DNA from: Ascidiella aspersa
Lineage: Eukaryota
Reading direction: 5' to 3'
DNA: 64,000 bases
Assembly: GCA_963924565.1 (NCBI GenBank)
Contig: OZ004610.1
Coordinates: forward strand, 6,510,001-6,574,000
This document shows positions 1 through 12,960 of the stretch, one piece after another (position 1 is the first letter of the stretch; each line of letters begins with the position of its first letter). Below the pieces are notes generated by a model. That model was not told the DNA's origin, ran no database searches, and saw only the letters and a program-made list of their open reading frames with translations. The position numbers and the translations under genes are program-made.

Positions 1-189
1 AGTTGTCTTACTGTATCGACTGATGTAGCACAAAAGCAATATTATTTTAAGGTGAAATAATTTAAACTATATGTGCGTTGACGGACCCTAATTGTATTTT
101 GCTCTTTGTTGAATATACCTGTCATACGTTAAGAGTTTTTATCAAAACATTAAATCGATCTTTGCTGATCCGTGTGCTTTGTGACTCAG

Positions 190-1174
190 ATCAGAAACAC
201 GCGAATACAACAAAAAGCCTGGAAATGGTAAGTTGTTCTTTTAATTATAACATTGTGAAATAGTTTAACCATCTTCATGTAATAAGGCTTGACGTTTTAT
301 TGAATCCGAACATGTTTAAATCGATGTTTTTCAACTCATAGGTGTCCACCCTAAAGTGAGTTGCCGTTTAATTGGTTAAGTCCGCCGTCTGCAGTATTTC
401 GCATGGGAAAATATAAATTGAGATTGATTCTAAAAAAGAAAGCTTCAATGCCACATTGCGGATGCAATGTAACGCCACGGATCATATTAATTAAATTCAA
501 ACCTATGTATGCTGATTTAATATGCTTGTTCCCTTACAAAACGTTCAGTGAAGAGAATTGGTTTCCAAAGCTTCGCTGTTAAACACCCTTAGCATTTGTG
601 TCTCAGCATATAAAGGTTGAGAAACACTGTTTTTTTTTGTTTTTTGTTACTAGTTTAATGTTTTTGCAAGCGAACAAAGTTTTACTAGTTTAACTTGACT
701 ATCCGTTAACTTGCTGAGTCAGTGGCCTAACAACTTAAACTTTCCTGGGGTTGTTTTTGAATAATTGTCTCAAATTTACAAAAAAACAAAAACAAAAAAA
801 AAACAGACTAAAGCATGAAGAAAATATTTTTTAAACAGATTTACGCGGAAAATAGCCTTTCGGGTCGCCTGAGCCTGATCCATCACTATGGCACTGATTA
901 CCACGTGGTGGCGCAGCGTGCAGCCGAGCAGAAGAAGAAGATGTTGGCGCAGCAGCAGACCAGGACGCGAGAGGTCCTCCGGGAGGCGGAGGACAAACAG
1001 AAGAGGGAGCAGAGGAAGAAGGTAAGTAAAGAGGATTGTAGCGTACTAATGGTTGTAGGTTGGAGTAAGACGCAGTGTTGTAATGACTGAAGAAGTCAAA
1101 GTCACTGTTTTCAAATGACTTGACTTGAGTCATTTGAAATAAATATGACTCGAATTGACTCTTGACTTGACTTA

Positions 1175-1212
<38 letters not shown>

Positions 1213-2471
1213 GAGTTATATATCCTACTTTTTGCACACTAAAAAATTTGCTTGCACTCTATTTCATTTTTGGTATTTTTTAGTTAAGGTATTGTTCATA
1301 ATCGGACGAGGTAACCCAAATTTAATAGGTTAACGTGTAATTTGTATTATAAGGACGATTGGAATTGACTTGCTTTAATTATGACTTGTTGTTTCTTCAA
1401 AAAGACATGACTTGGGCTTATAACTTAAGTTATTTTACAAAAGATTTCACTTATACTTAAGTCATTTTAAAATGACTTATTTACAACATGGGTAAGACGT
1501 AGTAAGAATATAAAATCCCGTACTGAAGTAGGTATCATTTTGAACGTTTAACATATCTCTTTATGGTGAAAACGAATAAAGAGATAGTCGAAATGTTTAA
1601 AATCCTACCTCATGAGCTTTTATATTCTTGCAGCTATATTGTAATTGTTATTTTAAAATGCTATATATTAGCGTAAGCTGCTTGTTATATTTAAGTAGAA
1701 TTGTTCAAAGTACTAAATTACCCAAGTTTGAATAGCTGTTGTCTATAACATTTATTAGAAAAAGAACGCCCCAGAACCAAATAATTCGTGGCCGGGGTAT
1801 ATTTGTTTGTTACTCAGCAAAATATTTGTTAGCGAGTATGAAATGAGTCCATTTAAAATTTACAAAGATGCAACAAGTCACAAAATGCAAACACTTTAAA
1901 TTTAAGTATACCAAGGGTTCTTAAATTGGGGTCCATGGACCCCTTGGGGGTCCGTAAATTAGTTTTAGGGGGTCAATGAAGGCTTAATTGAAATAATAGT
2001 GTATATTTAAAAAGTAATCGTTTTTTTTAAGAAAGCAGTTTAATTAAATACAAAACGGTTTTGCACTGACTGTATTTAGACCTCATTTTACTTTCAAATT
2101 TTTAAAACTGAAATGAACATATTTATGAATTTTTGACGTCATTTTTTGAAAATTGTTGCATATCGTGGTCCAAGCGACTTAAAAAAAATTTAGGGGTCCG
2201 CGGTAAAAAAAGTTTAAGAACCCCTCAATTATACTAATGTTAGTCCCCTTTTCAACCCCGCGCCCTGTAACATCAACTGTAGTTATTAGCACCTACTACA
2301 TCACGTCCTGCCGTATGCATATTGTTTTTTTTAATTTGCATGCACTACTGGTTGCAGTTTTCCAGCTTACTTGTAAACCTTTTTTAGATTTACGCCTTGA
2401 ACCGTCTCATGACTGCATTGGAAATGGAGCAGTTCAAAGAGTATATAAAGTCTATCCACGGCAACCATTGA
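190..2471 (+). CDS. SVBP: 5'-partial gene ending in an SVBP/CCDC23 (small vasohibin-binding protein)-like helix; exons 190-227, 839-1021, 2388-2471
   Basis: Canonical AG/GT sites (ctcag|AT..ATG|gtaagt; aaacag|ATT..AAG|gtaagt; tttttag|ATT) joined in phase 0 give ..QKHANTTKSLEM/IYAENSLSGRLSLIHHYGTDYHVVAQRAAEQKKKMLAQQQTRTREVLREAEDKQKREQRKK/IYALNRLMTALEMEQFKEYIKSIHGNH*. The C-terminus matches human SVBP [26 protein letters not shown] as recalled. AATAAA at 2640-2645. Confidence 0.72.
1047..1630. mobile_element. long-inverted-repeat (foldback-type) MITE, interrupted by the 1073-1491 element
   Basis: tggttg..gtaagacg continues after the insert as agtaagaata..gaagtaggtatcattttgaacgttt; 1500-1630 is self-complementary; related copies at ~8660-8760, ~16485-16575, ~17292-17435 and ~46860-46965. 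Confidence 0.6.
1073..1491. mobile_element. hAT-like MITE of the 'GACTTGACTT' family, nested in another MITE
   Basis: Ends cagtgttgtaa / ttacaacatgg; perfect 8-bp TSD GTAAGACG (1065-1072, 1492-1499); internal GACTT repeats; related copies near 16377, 18860 and 55383. Confidence 0.8.
1912..2226. mobile_element. hAT-type MITE
   Basis: TIRs caagggttcttaaa / tttaagaacccct; GGGGTCC subterminal motifs; 7/8 TSD aagtatac / aattatac. Confidence 0.7.
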
Positions 2472-2639
2472 TCTGTCAATCAAGTCGTCGTTCAACCGAA
2501 ACGCCGCATGCACTGCCGTGCTGTTCGATTAGCATACGTTAAATTCTGGCTACCGGTTTAGATTGTTAATGCAGTCACGACAACAACGCTTAAAATTTAA
2601 TTGTAAACTTGCTTTAGATTTAACGCCAAACAATGTTAA

Positions 2640-2645
2640 AATAAA
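2640..2645 (+). terminator. polyadenylation signal of the SVBP-like gene
   Basis: AATAAA about 170 nt after the TGA at 2469-2471. Confidence 0.5.
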
Positions 2646-3307
2646 ACATTTGCACTGCATTTTCAACTTGATCTAGTATCACCAGTAACAACGATTTAAG
2701 CTTAGTGTTTCTCATTCATCCAAAAATCATAATTGTATAAGGCCTATAGCAGTGCCATAATAAACGAAGCCCTCTTAAGTTTTCATGTGAAATATTTAAT
2801 TTATTTCCTGACTAAATTATCATATTCATACCACCGAAGGAGAAAAATCAACCGAAAAAAGTCACTGGGCCAAATATGTTCTAGTACTAAAAACCATAAA
2901 GCTAAACATAAATTGGAATGTGTGAACTTTGCGTTTTAGGAAGTTTTAAGTACCGTGTGCCTATTTATTTTGAGTGTTACCTTTTTACATCGCCATTGCC
3001 TAATATGCGTCACGAATTGCACTTATAAAAATACACTGCTAAATTTCGTTGCCAATATTTAATTGTGTTTTTTTCCTGTTTCAATCAACCAGGTACCCAA
3101 AGTTTTTTTTTGAAATACTGTTAGATGTAAAAAAAAATTATCGCCTACAAGCCCCTATAAAAAGTAAGTGGGAATCAGCTTTTACGCAGAAAACGGGCAC
3201 AGGTTTATTGGTTTAAAAATAAAGCAGTGAACAAGCAGCACAAAACACACACAGTATAAATACACACAAAAACATCCACAGCACTTGATTTCAACACACG
3301 AGAACGA

Positions 3308-5151
3308 CTAGAACAGACTGCAGGTGTCGACACTGGATCGGACGAAAAAACTACGGAGAGAAAACAAGGTGACGTTGCTCCGGATTGGCACATGAGGAGA
3401 GGACTTGGTCTCGCAGGTGGGGTGCTCCTCTTCCTCCTTCACCTCTGCTGGGTGACAGCTCCCGATATATACCGGACTCACATCCTTGCTCTCGCTAACG
3501 AAGCACATCTCCTTCTCCTCTCGAGCGTTGATTGGGAACAAGATAAGGCTGCGGTTGGTGTAACTGGGAGAATGATAATGAACGGTTAACAAAAGAAAAG
3601 GTGACCTTCGATTTAAATAAAGTATGTTACTGCAACAAACGTTATATAAAATTATTCTAGTATTACCCTGTTTTCGATGTTGTACATTTTTTTACAAAAT
3701 ACGTAACAATTAGCACTAATGAATGATGCACACACAAATGTGAACAAGCCCTTCTAAAGCTGCTTTTGACATTTAGCACGAAGTCAAGGTCCAGGCATAC
3801 TTGTCGGGAAAAGCTGGTTGGGTACATTTGGCACAGCCATAATAGCCTAGGTTTGAGTTATTTCTGTATGCTGGTATAATTAGAAAAATAGCTACAATAG
3901 CCTACTTTTCGTGATCAGCAGCCTGCTGGAGAATTTCGAGAATCTTCTTTGGCGCAAAGCTGACGTTGCACATGCCGTTTGCTTCCTGGTCGATTTCCAC
4001 CTTTCTCATGACGTAACAAATGGGAGGGATGGAGGTAAACCTAAAAAAAAATATATGCGTTTTTTTAAGGGGTAATTTTTCGTCGTATGCAAAACGAGCA
4101 ACTGCTTTACCTTGGAAGCTGAAAGTGGTCGACTGCAGTGACGTTGTTGTCACGTGAACACATAGCTGACCAATCATCGCTCAGCAGGCACATGGCCGTA
4201 AGTTTATCTTCATCGTTGGATAGGCTGACTGCAGCAGGGCCACTGGAATATTAAAATTATGCGCTCTACGAATGCCCAGGGAGAGATAAACCATTTAGAA
4301 GCAGGACGTCACTTTTGGCAGAGCCGGGGACGAATATGTTTAAATTTTATTTCAAATCTAAGTCAATCTTTGAATGAACTGCAGTTGGTCATATAGAAAA
4401 AATATAAAAGTAGTTAGTGTTGCATTATACCAACGAGTTCAGTAATAATAATTAATGTTGCGGCAACATGGCATATTGGTTAAGACATTTAGATGAAAAA
4501 ATACCAATATTTTAGGATTTAAAGCCAATGAATCACGAATGAATTCTTTCCATAAAACTGTGATCACTCAATATTTGAAAACATCGCTTAGCAGTGCGCA
4601 TAAACTATGGTATTAATTCCGATCCTGTCGAGGACATAATTACCTTTTCGAAATGTTGTTGTGAAACGACAAGCCTTGTATTTCGCCAACGTACGGCGTC
4701 ACCTCCCAGTTGCGAAAGAAATCGTCAACATCGTCGACAACGAGCCTCGGCGACGGCTGAGGTTTAAGCGTTTCAACTGGACAAATACTGAGAATAGAAA
4801 ATAGCTAATTTAAAAGTTTGCATTGTATTCCTTAATCCGTTATTTTGCGGATCAAACAACTATAGTAATTATTAATTAACAAACATAGCTGTAAGATTAG
4901 ATTTTGGTCGGTCTAACTGATTTATCAGTTTTGCGGAGGCTTCCCCCAAATACAACTCACTTGTTATTTGAGTTGCCTTCGCTTTCTTTTGTGGCACATT
5001 GAGCAGCACGCGCGCAAATTTGCTCCGAGGTGATTTTAAACAAGCTCAAGGCAGTAGTGCCGGTCCAATTGCGATACAGCGGCTCGTACTTGTAACAGGT
5101 AGACTGGACGTTTACAGCCAGGCAGAGACAGACAAACACTACACGTAGCAT
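3308..5151 (-). CDS. orphan secreted cysteine-rich glycoprotein, 241 aa; exons 5151-4961, 4787-4644, 4040-3906, 3563-3308
   Basis: Four exons with canonical GT/AG, all three introns in phase 2, form an uninterrupted 726-nt ORF. Signal peptide MLRVVFVCLCLAVNVQS; 10 Cys and 6 N-glycosylation sequons in the mature chain; AATAAA on the minus strand at 3209-3204. Confidence 0.8.
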
Positions 5152-8100
5152 TTTGTATTTCGTTGAAGCAAGTCGATGCAATAGGTAAAATGTTTAGCTT
5201 TTCTGCAACAACAGTATGAAGTTTTACAGTTATTTTAGCACGACTTACCGAACCTTTGTGACGCAACAACTATACTATAATTTGAGTTCTGCCTTGCTTG
5301 CAACTGACTAACATACCAGTTAACTATGAATGAACTGGTCAGAGAGCAACGCCTTTAAGTAGCAAGAGGTGTAAAAGCTCACGCATTCTTATCATTTTCG
5401 AAACAATTCGAGGCTACAAGACAAACATTTCGAAGGCGATTACACAACGATAGGATGCTCTTATCAAGCTGAGTCTAGATGCAGACATGCTCGCTGACAG
5501 AAAAAGCACAGTTCTAATTGAGGTTGTGTAAGCAAACACATTTTTGATTAGGGAATTATCGGAAAGTAGTAAACCAATCTTAAAGGTAGTAAATCAATCT
5601 TGACCCAAATGGCAGAAATTTATAACCACTCTTTATGACGTGAGCCAATCTAAATTACTTTTCTTTTCCTGCCTTAACTTGTTTGATTCTGAACTCCCTA
5701 ATTGTGTCAAAATACGTTTCTTTTCACGTCAATGATAAAAAACTCAAACATCTCGATAAACAGAAGAAGTATCGTGTTTAAACTATTTTAACCGAATCTG
5801 TACAGAGCAAATGACATCTTTATTTTTCACGCTTGCAGTGTACCATGCATAGTTTTAAAACGAAATGCCTCAATACGTGAAATCAGACATCGCCCAACAG
5901 ATTTCACAAACAACAATCAACGCTTGTCTGGACAAAAAAAAACAAGACTCTGCTCTCGACGGATATGGTAAGGCTTCTAGGCTGATCTATAGGATGTCCG
6001 CAGAGGACATCGTAGAAAATTGTCACAAAACAAAGACTCGTGACGATTGGTTTTGTTATGGTGATGTCACGTGCGTCGCGTAGTTGCTATTGTTTGTGTT
6101 GGCTTCCGATTTGTGCGGTTTGTTTTCGGCATTGAATCATGTGCAAATCATACGATTGGATTACACACGAATCGTGTTGATATTAGTGTGGCACATTTTG
6201 TTTACGTTATGTAGAAAACAGAAGTTTTCTGAATTGAATTTGTCGTAAAGTTTTTTTATTCAAGCGTGCTTTTCTATTTAAGCAAATTAACCATTTAAAA
6301 AACAGGTTTTTCTGAACAAAATCACAAAATGATTTACATATTCTTGTAACAAGGGTATTTCAAACGATAATAACTTATATATGTATAGTATTAGCATGAA
6401 TTTTCTGCCTTTTAAAGCAAACAAAACAGTCTTACGTCGAATCCAGGGGCGTATCCTAGGGTTTTCTGTTGAAAAGCAAAAACAAGATTTGTTTTATATC
6501 TGCCGGTGTTGTTAAAAAAATGCGGGTGGCGTTATTGCTCCCCTGGTATTCAACCCAATCTTTGCACCTTTTACTATAAATTATACTAAGATGGAGACAG
6601 CAGAATTGCTAAGATACCAAACCAAATACAGATATTAGGCGAAATGATAAGTTAGACTGAACGTGCTCGTTTAGTAATAATAATTAAATATTACATCGTT
6701 TGGATTGCTTAATTTGAGGGCATGCGTTGTTAGGATTCCTTAACTTACATAATGGCCAAGGTTTATGGGTTAAAATTCGTAATTGGAAAGAGCTTAAAAA
6801 CATCAGCATGTTGTAATCACTGTTTTTCGCTTTACTGAACGTTAAACCAGCCTTAAAAGAAACCCAAGGGCCTATAAAACGGTTTGAATCACTCTAAAAT
6901 CTATCCAATGATCCTAACAATCGATCAAGCGTTTATTCAAATTGCCATCAGCTGTTTTATTTTGACGACCTTTTTCAATGTTCTGGTAAAGATTTATACA
7001 GTGTGACTCCCAAACATTAGGAAGTGCCAATCCTCTTTAAACTATAAATGCCGTTATGTCAAGATAAATTCGAATCTTTTTTGTGTGTTTAAAGCGTCAC
7101 GTATCTTTTTAAACTGAAAGTTTTGCCAATTTAATACTAATAAGCGCAAACTGATTAAACTGAGTTTCAGCTGCATATTGGCGTCTGGGTTGGCTAGAAC
7201 AACAGGTGTTTTTTAAATTAATTTTTTATGACATCACGTCTGACGTAACTTTATGCCTAAAAACTTTCGTGGTCATTAAAACAAAAACGCTGTACCCGCA
7301 CCGTTTCACCGAGCGAAATTTGGGGTTCGACGAAAGCTTGCAGAATAACATACAGTTGGGGTTCGACAAGACGTACAAATCATAACAGGCTTTTAAGTTT
7401 TTTTGCTATCGCGCATTGGATGGCCACGATATAAATTGTAAATCAGCGTTTTGTTTTCCCTAACATGCTTTCCACTTATGGTGATTTTCTACAGTATAAT
7501 TAACGTTTTCCATATATTTCCTTTTGCCCCAATGTTTCTGTAAAACTAATTCCCTATAAGTGCTTTAATGTTATGGTCAACAACAACTGCAACTTATTAC
7601 AAAACCTCTAGGCGGATATCAACAATATGATAAAGCTTCAATTTTCTGGAAAACTAAAACTTCATATTTTGACAATAAAATCCACGTGGTTTCATTAAGT
7701 CTATCAAAAACGGAGGCCCCAATTGATAATGAAACAACATCCGGCACGCAGCTTATTTTGCTTAAAACTCCCTTTTCGCCATTTTTTGCGCAAATTTGAC
7801 AACACATCTGCAACTGTATCCTATAGCCTGTTTTTTTAGGAATGTTACACTATGAAGTCAGTAACGCAAATAATCCAAACAAGCGCGAATTTTTAAATAG
7901 TTGGTTGTAATTATACACCAACTCCATACACTACTTTATATTAGGGATTTAAGCTCAAATTTGTTGCGTTATTAAGATTTTTCCGATTTTTGAAACTGTA
8001 CACAATCGAAGCTTTACACAATCGAAGCTTTACTTTCCTTTTTTGTACATTGCTATTTTTTTAAAGATAATAAATAAAAACAAATAGCCAAATTAGACAG

Positions 8101-8996
8101 TTAAAAATAATTCAAGAGGATAAATATAATTTACATTCAATATAATAAACAGAAAACAAATAGCTGAAAACTAAAAATATTATATTAGGAAAACATGGAT
8201 AAAATAGGTATCACAATGTTAAAGAGGTAAATGAAAAAAATTAGTATAAGCAGAAACATCCATGTCATGAGGTTAAATAAACAGAATTTTCAGGATTTTA
8301 AATAATACGTGAAACAGACAAACGCGCCAAACATGAAAAATAAAATTTTATACAGATACTATTTGTCGTCAGCAAAAACTTACAAACAATGCACAACCTT
8401 GCATTTTGTAAGATATACACTAGTAATACAAAAAAGATATTCGCAAAAATTGAACGACAAAAACGTATACCCAAATGTGTTTTCAAATTTTATAAAAGAA
8501 AAAAAACAGATAAACAAACAAATTCGAAGGAACGTTTTGCCAATTTAAACCAAATAAACGTATTTTGATCAAACTTCGGGCCATTAATCTGGGTTTAAGC
8601 TGTATATTTGCACATGAGATCGACAGTAAACTACGGGTTACGTAAAATTTTGACCTAAGTTTGTGACGAAACTCTTTATTCATTTTCAACAGAGTCTATG
8701 ATAGTCAAAATGAATAAAAAATATTCGAAACGGTGTATGGGCTTTGCTATTCTTACTATAAGTCGAAATTCTATTGCATTTATTGTTTAGGAATTTAGTA
8801 ATTCCAATTTTAATCTAATTTGGAAAACCTGAAATGATGAAATTTTAATTCTTATCCTTTTTTAATGAGAAAAAAATCTAGATGTCCAATTCTGCCTACA
8901 GTGTCCAAAGTTTACTACGGTTAAGTGGTACGGTTGGAGTCCAATTCCATTTGCACAGAAAAACAACTTTAAACCTCCAATGTTATTCTTTCAATC

Positions 8997-10744
8997 TTAA
9001 GCATTTTTCTTCACATAGTTGACCGGAAATATGCCCGACCTGCCGTCGACGGTGGTTCCCCTCCACCAGTTCTCGTTAGTTGAGTCCGTGACGATGATGA
9101 CGTCACCACGATGAAAAGCGAGCTCGCCATCTTCTTGGGCCTGGAAGTCGTGGATTGCTGTCACGGTTTTGTCCTGCAAAGTTAGAATGTCAAATGTACG
9201 ACGGTGCAATATCTGCATTTTGGTAGACAAGACTATAAACGTTGCTTGGTGTTTGTGCGTCAAGTGAATGGTTTAGGTTTCTATAGATTTGATCAGGCTG
9301 GTAGAATCTTGCCAGCCTTCTGGAGAAAATCATTTTTGCCCAAATTCAATTCTTTAGTTTTTTGGTCGAGCTCCTAAAGTTAAATACAGCGGTCGCCTAA
9401 AGATTGCATCAACCTTGCCATGTTTAGGCGATAAACAAGGATATTAACAAGTAAATTACACTTAAACTTTTTTAACAATGGCACACCTAAATTAATTCCT
9501 GCCAATTGTAGTGCGTAATGTTCCTACATATTTAACATTTCAAAAATGTAGGTGCTTAAATATTTCTAGAAACAACCACAAGTTTTTTTATAAAAAAATT
9601 TCCAACAAAAAAAATTTTGCACCAATTTCTGCGATAAGACTATAGGGATGAAAAAAATGCGTTACGCGTTGAAATGTGCGGCGGTCATTACTGTCTGCAA
9701 TTAAGTAAGTTTCCGTCCTTATTCAAAAAAAGTCGGTCGTGAGTAAGCGCAGCTTTGGCTGTGAGTTTTTAAACGTCAGGTGTTCGTCACATTTCAAGGC
9801 GGCTCAATTGGCAGGCCGCGGTCTGTGTCCACACTTTATAGCAGGGGTTCTCAAACTTTCTAGGTTTGCGGCACACTAAAAAGATCTTGAGTATTTCGTG
9901 GCACTAGTAACTTTACTACCACCCTTAACATAGCACGACATGTAAAAATGTCCAAATATTATCAGTTTTGTAATAGATAGTGCGTATTTAAGTCTAAAAT
10001 GTTGCGTGTATGCCTATTGGTAATACGAATAACTTAGTTTCCAAAATTACAAAAGTTTCGTGGAACATGCACTTGACAATCTCTCGAGGCACACTAGTGT
10101 AGCGCGGCACACAGTTTAAGAATCACTACTTTATAGGGATTTTCGAAATTGGGCATTTGCAAGAGTGCCACTCGGCCCTATATCAATACAAAGGTTAACT
10201 AGTTGTTAAAAAAAATAACGCGATACCAACACAGCCCGCCCTCTTTTTGCACGCGTTTGCAAAAACACGCTAAAACCAATACCTTTTTGGGATCGCGAAG
10301 CATGATAGTTTTGCTTCTTGAAACCGAACTTGTCCGATGGTATTCTACCAACTGATTGATAGAGGTAAACTTGACCACCCAGAGGAAGTACTTGCCGGCG
10401 CCGTCGCGCAAAATCTTAAAGTGCTCAACGCCGTCAAGGACTCTGACGGAGAGAGAGAAGTCGCCCGGAGTACTTTCGCTCTCTCTGATCAAGAACGCCC
10501 CATTGACCAAGCCTTCCCGACGTAGTTTGGTCTCCGCGTCCTGTCGCTTTATTTTCCCAAGGTACCATTCGTGCGCCTTCATATCAACGTAGTTCCTCGG
10601 GATGAGGCCTTCTCGGCCGTCGATTTCGGCCTTGTACCAGTTAGGGTCATCGCCAAAGTTCAACACTTTCAGAACTTTGCCTTTAGAGAAGGCCAACTCG
10701 TCCGCGTTCTGTGCGACGAAGTCGTACTTCGCAAGAGCTTCCAT
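8997..10744 (-). CDS. GRB2: GRB2/Drk/Sem-5 adaptor (SH3-SH2-SH3), 212 aa; exons 10744-10283 and 9173-8997
   Basis: [28 protein letters not shown] (SH3), [44 protein letters not shown] (SH2), [26 protein letters not shown] (SH3); phase-0 intron AAG|gtattg ... tttgcag|GAC. Confidence 0.96.
9842..10128. mobile_element. hAT-type MITE in the GRB2 intron
   Basis: TIRs caggggttctcaaact / agtttaagaatcacta; perfect 8-bp TSD CTTTATAG; GCGGCACAC subterminal motifs. Confidence 0.85.
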
Positions 10745-11312
10745 GCTTTTTTGGCGTTCAACGAAGAAACAGCGTCGTTTTAAGCTTACCTGTTGGCCTG
10801 GTTTCTAAGCTGGAGATGCACAACACATGATTAAATAACTATTAAAAAGCCACGTCAAAACCAGACCTTGGCAAAAAAATGAGCGGTCCCTGCTTCCCAG
10901 TTAGATTTTACCATTAAGAATTGAAGATTTGGATCATTCTTTGAAATACAATAACGGACAAAAAAACTGATAACAAATACGACTTTTCGATAAGGATATA
11001 CAATATGGCTAGAATAACTTAAACACATTTAAAAATGGTTCAAAAATAATGATGACGTCCGGATATAACACCCCTAGAAGGATAAGTATTCCTGGGTCAC
11101 ACTATAGGCGTTTTTTTCTATGTTCGAATTATCAGCGGTTGTTCTCAGATAAACTGAGAAGAGTTACCTGAGAAAGAGTTATCTAGTATTGTACGAGATT
11201 GTGTGTAGAATATGTTTTGCACATATATATTAGTCTTTTGTTGTAAGTGCAAAAATGACTGAGGTTTTTGGTAAAGGCATTGATTCATTTTGTAAGCAGG
11301 TCGAGTGTCTGT

Positions 11313-12960
11313 TTAAGTAATTGCGTTATAAGATTTGGGAGGTTGTACAGCTTTAAAATCATTTTTGTATTATTCAACACAAAAAACACTTCGGGTACTT
11401 TTCGCGATAACTTATATTTCCCAAAATCGACTTTTGTTACATTGCGTCTTGACAAAACAATGCTTACGAATAACATTATTTGGCCATCTGTTCATATTGG
11501 ACATTATTTGATATTGGACGGCATTTTGGCAATGCGCGATTTACGTTTTGACCCCATTTGCAGTAGCAATGTTACTTATTGGTTGATTTGCAAAATGACA
11601 AAGAGTAGGCTACCTACTGTGATGTCGCCATCAGCGACCTGAAATTTAACGTTTGACCCTGGGTCTATACATGGATTGACTCGACTTGCATAAAATAATT
11701 CCTTTCCAGCACCAAAACAAACTAGAGTTTAGTATTCTACGTAAAGCTATAACGTATATCGAAATAATAACTTTACTGCAATGAGGGGCCAATAGTAGTC
11801 CAGCGTAAACTCTGCTCTGTTTGATCGACAGACGTTGCACCTCAAGTTATACGATCCACAATATCTTCGATTTAGTTACAGCTGAAATGTTTCTTTTTTT
11901 TTGTGGACCGTGCTTCTATATCTATACCTAGCATATATTTTGTCTGAAAATCTTCTGTTTATATATTGTCTGCTCGAGATACCTTCAGCGAATTTAAAGT
12001 CTTTCGGCCATACAGAAACCCAGCTAACAATTTGACGTCGCAGCGACGTAGATTTTTGGTTTAAGTTTGGTCGATAATACGTTGCAACCTAACGTATTTT
12101 TACGTAGAAGCGTCGACACCAATCGACGTAGATGCGACGTTGTGCAACTACGTTGTTCATACGTTTATCATGAACGTTACCTTTACGTAACAGCGTCGAC
12201 ACCAAACGACGTAGATGCGACGTTGAAAACTACGTTATTTATACGTTTTATCACGAACGTTATTTTCACGTAGAAGTGTCTCTCCAGACGACTTAGATTC
12301 GACGTGTTTATTTGTACGACATTTTTTAAATGCGACCCGCGGTAAAATTTCAAGTAATCGCATTATATATAGTCTGGTAAGTTCTAAAGCTTCTAAAATC
12401 ATTTCTGCATTATTTAACAAACAAAAAAACACTTCGGGATACTTTTCGCGATAGCCTCTTTTTTCCAGGATCTCTCCTTTGGTATCATTGAGTCTTAATC
12501 AAACTATTCTTTTGTATCATAATATTCGACCCACTATTAATGCTTAACGGCATTCTTGTCAAGCGCGATTTACGAAACTCTTCCTATATTTGACCTGAAA
12601 TTTAGCCCCTCTGTCTAAACGTGGATTGACTAGACTTGAATCTAATAGTTCCTTCCCAGCAGAAAAACACACTAGAGTTAAGTACTCCGCGTTAAGCGGT
12701 AAGGATACATCGAAATAATAATTTTGCTGCAATAAGGGAGCAATAGTAGTCCAGAGTGAACTATATGCTCACTAATCGGCAGACGTTGCACCACAAGTTT
12801 TACGATTCACAATAGCGGCTTTTACTTGCAGCTGAATTGTTGTTTTTTGTGTACCGTTTTTCTATATCTATACTTTGCATATTTTGTCTGAAAATGTTCT
12901 ATTTATACATTGCCTGATTGAGATACCTTCAGCGAGTTTAAAGTCTTTCGGCCATACAGA
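11313..12960. repeat. diverged tandem duplication (~11313-12016 and ~12351-12960) with a repeat element at the junction
   Basis: Colinear similarity from aagtaat.gc.ttata to gtctttcggccatacaga, with many substitutions and indels. Confidence 0.8.
12019..12340. mobile_element. CCCAGCTAAC-ended non-autonomous element with internal ~83-bp tandem ACGT-rich repeats
   Basis: Starts cccagctaac; gcgtcgacaccaa.cgacgtagatgcgacgttg occurs at ~12110 and ~12193. Confidence 0.55.

Noticed and set aside
5839-5967. Possible plus-strand exon (ttgcag..MPQYVKSD..DGY|gtaagg)
   Set aside because: No downstream partner exon or recognisable homology found.
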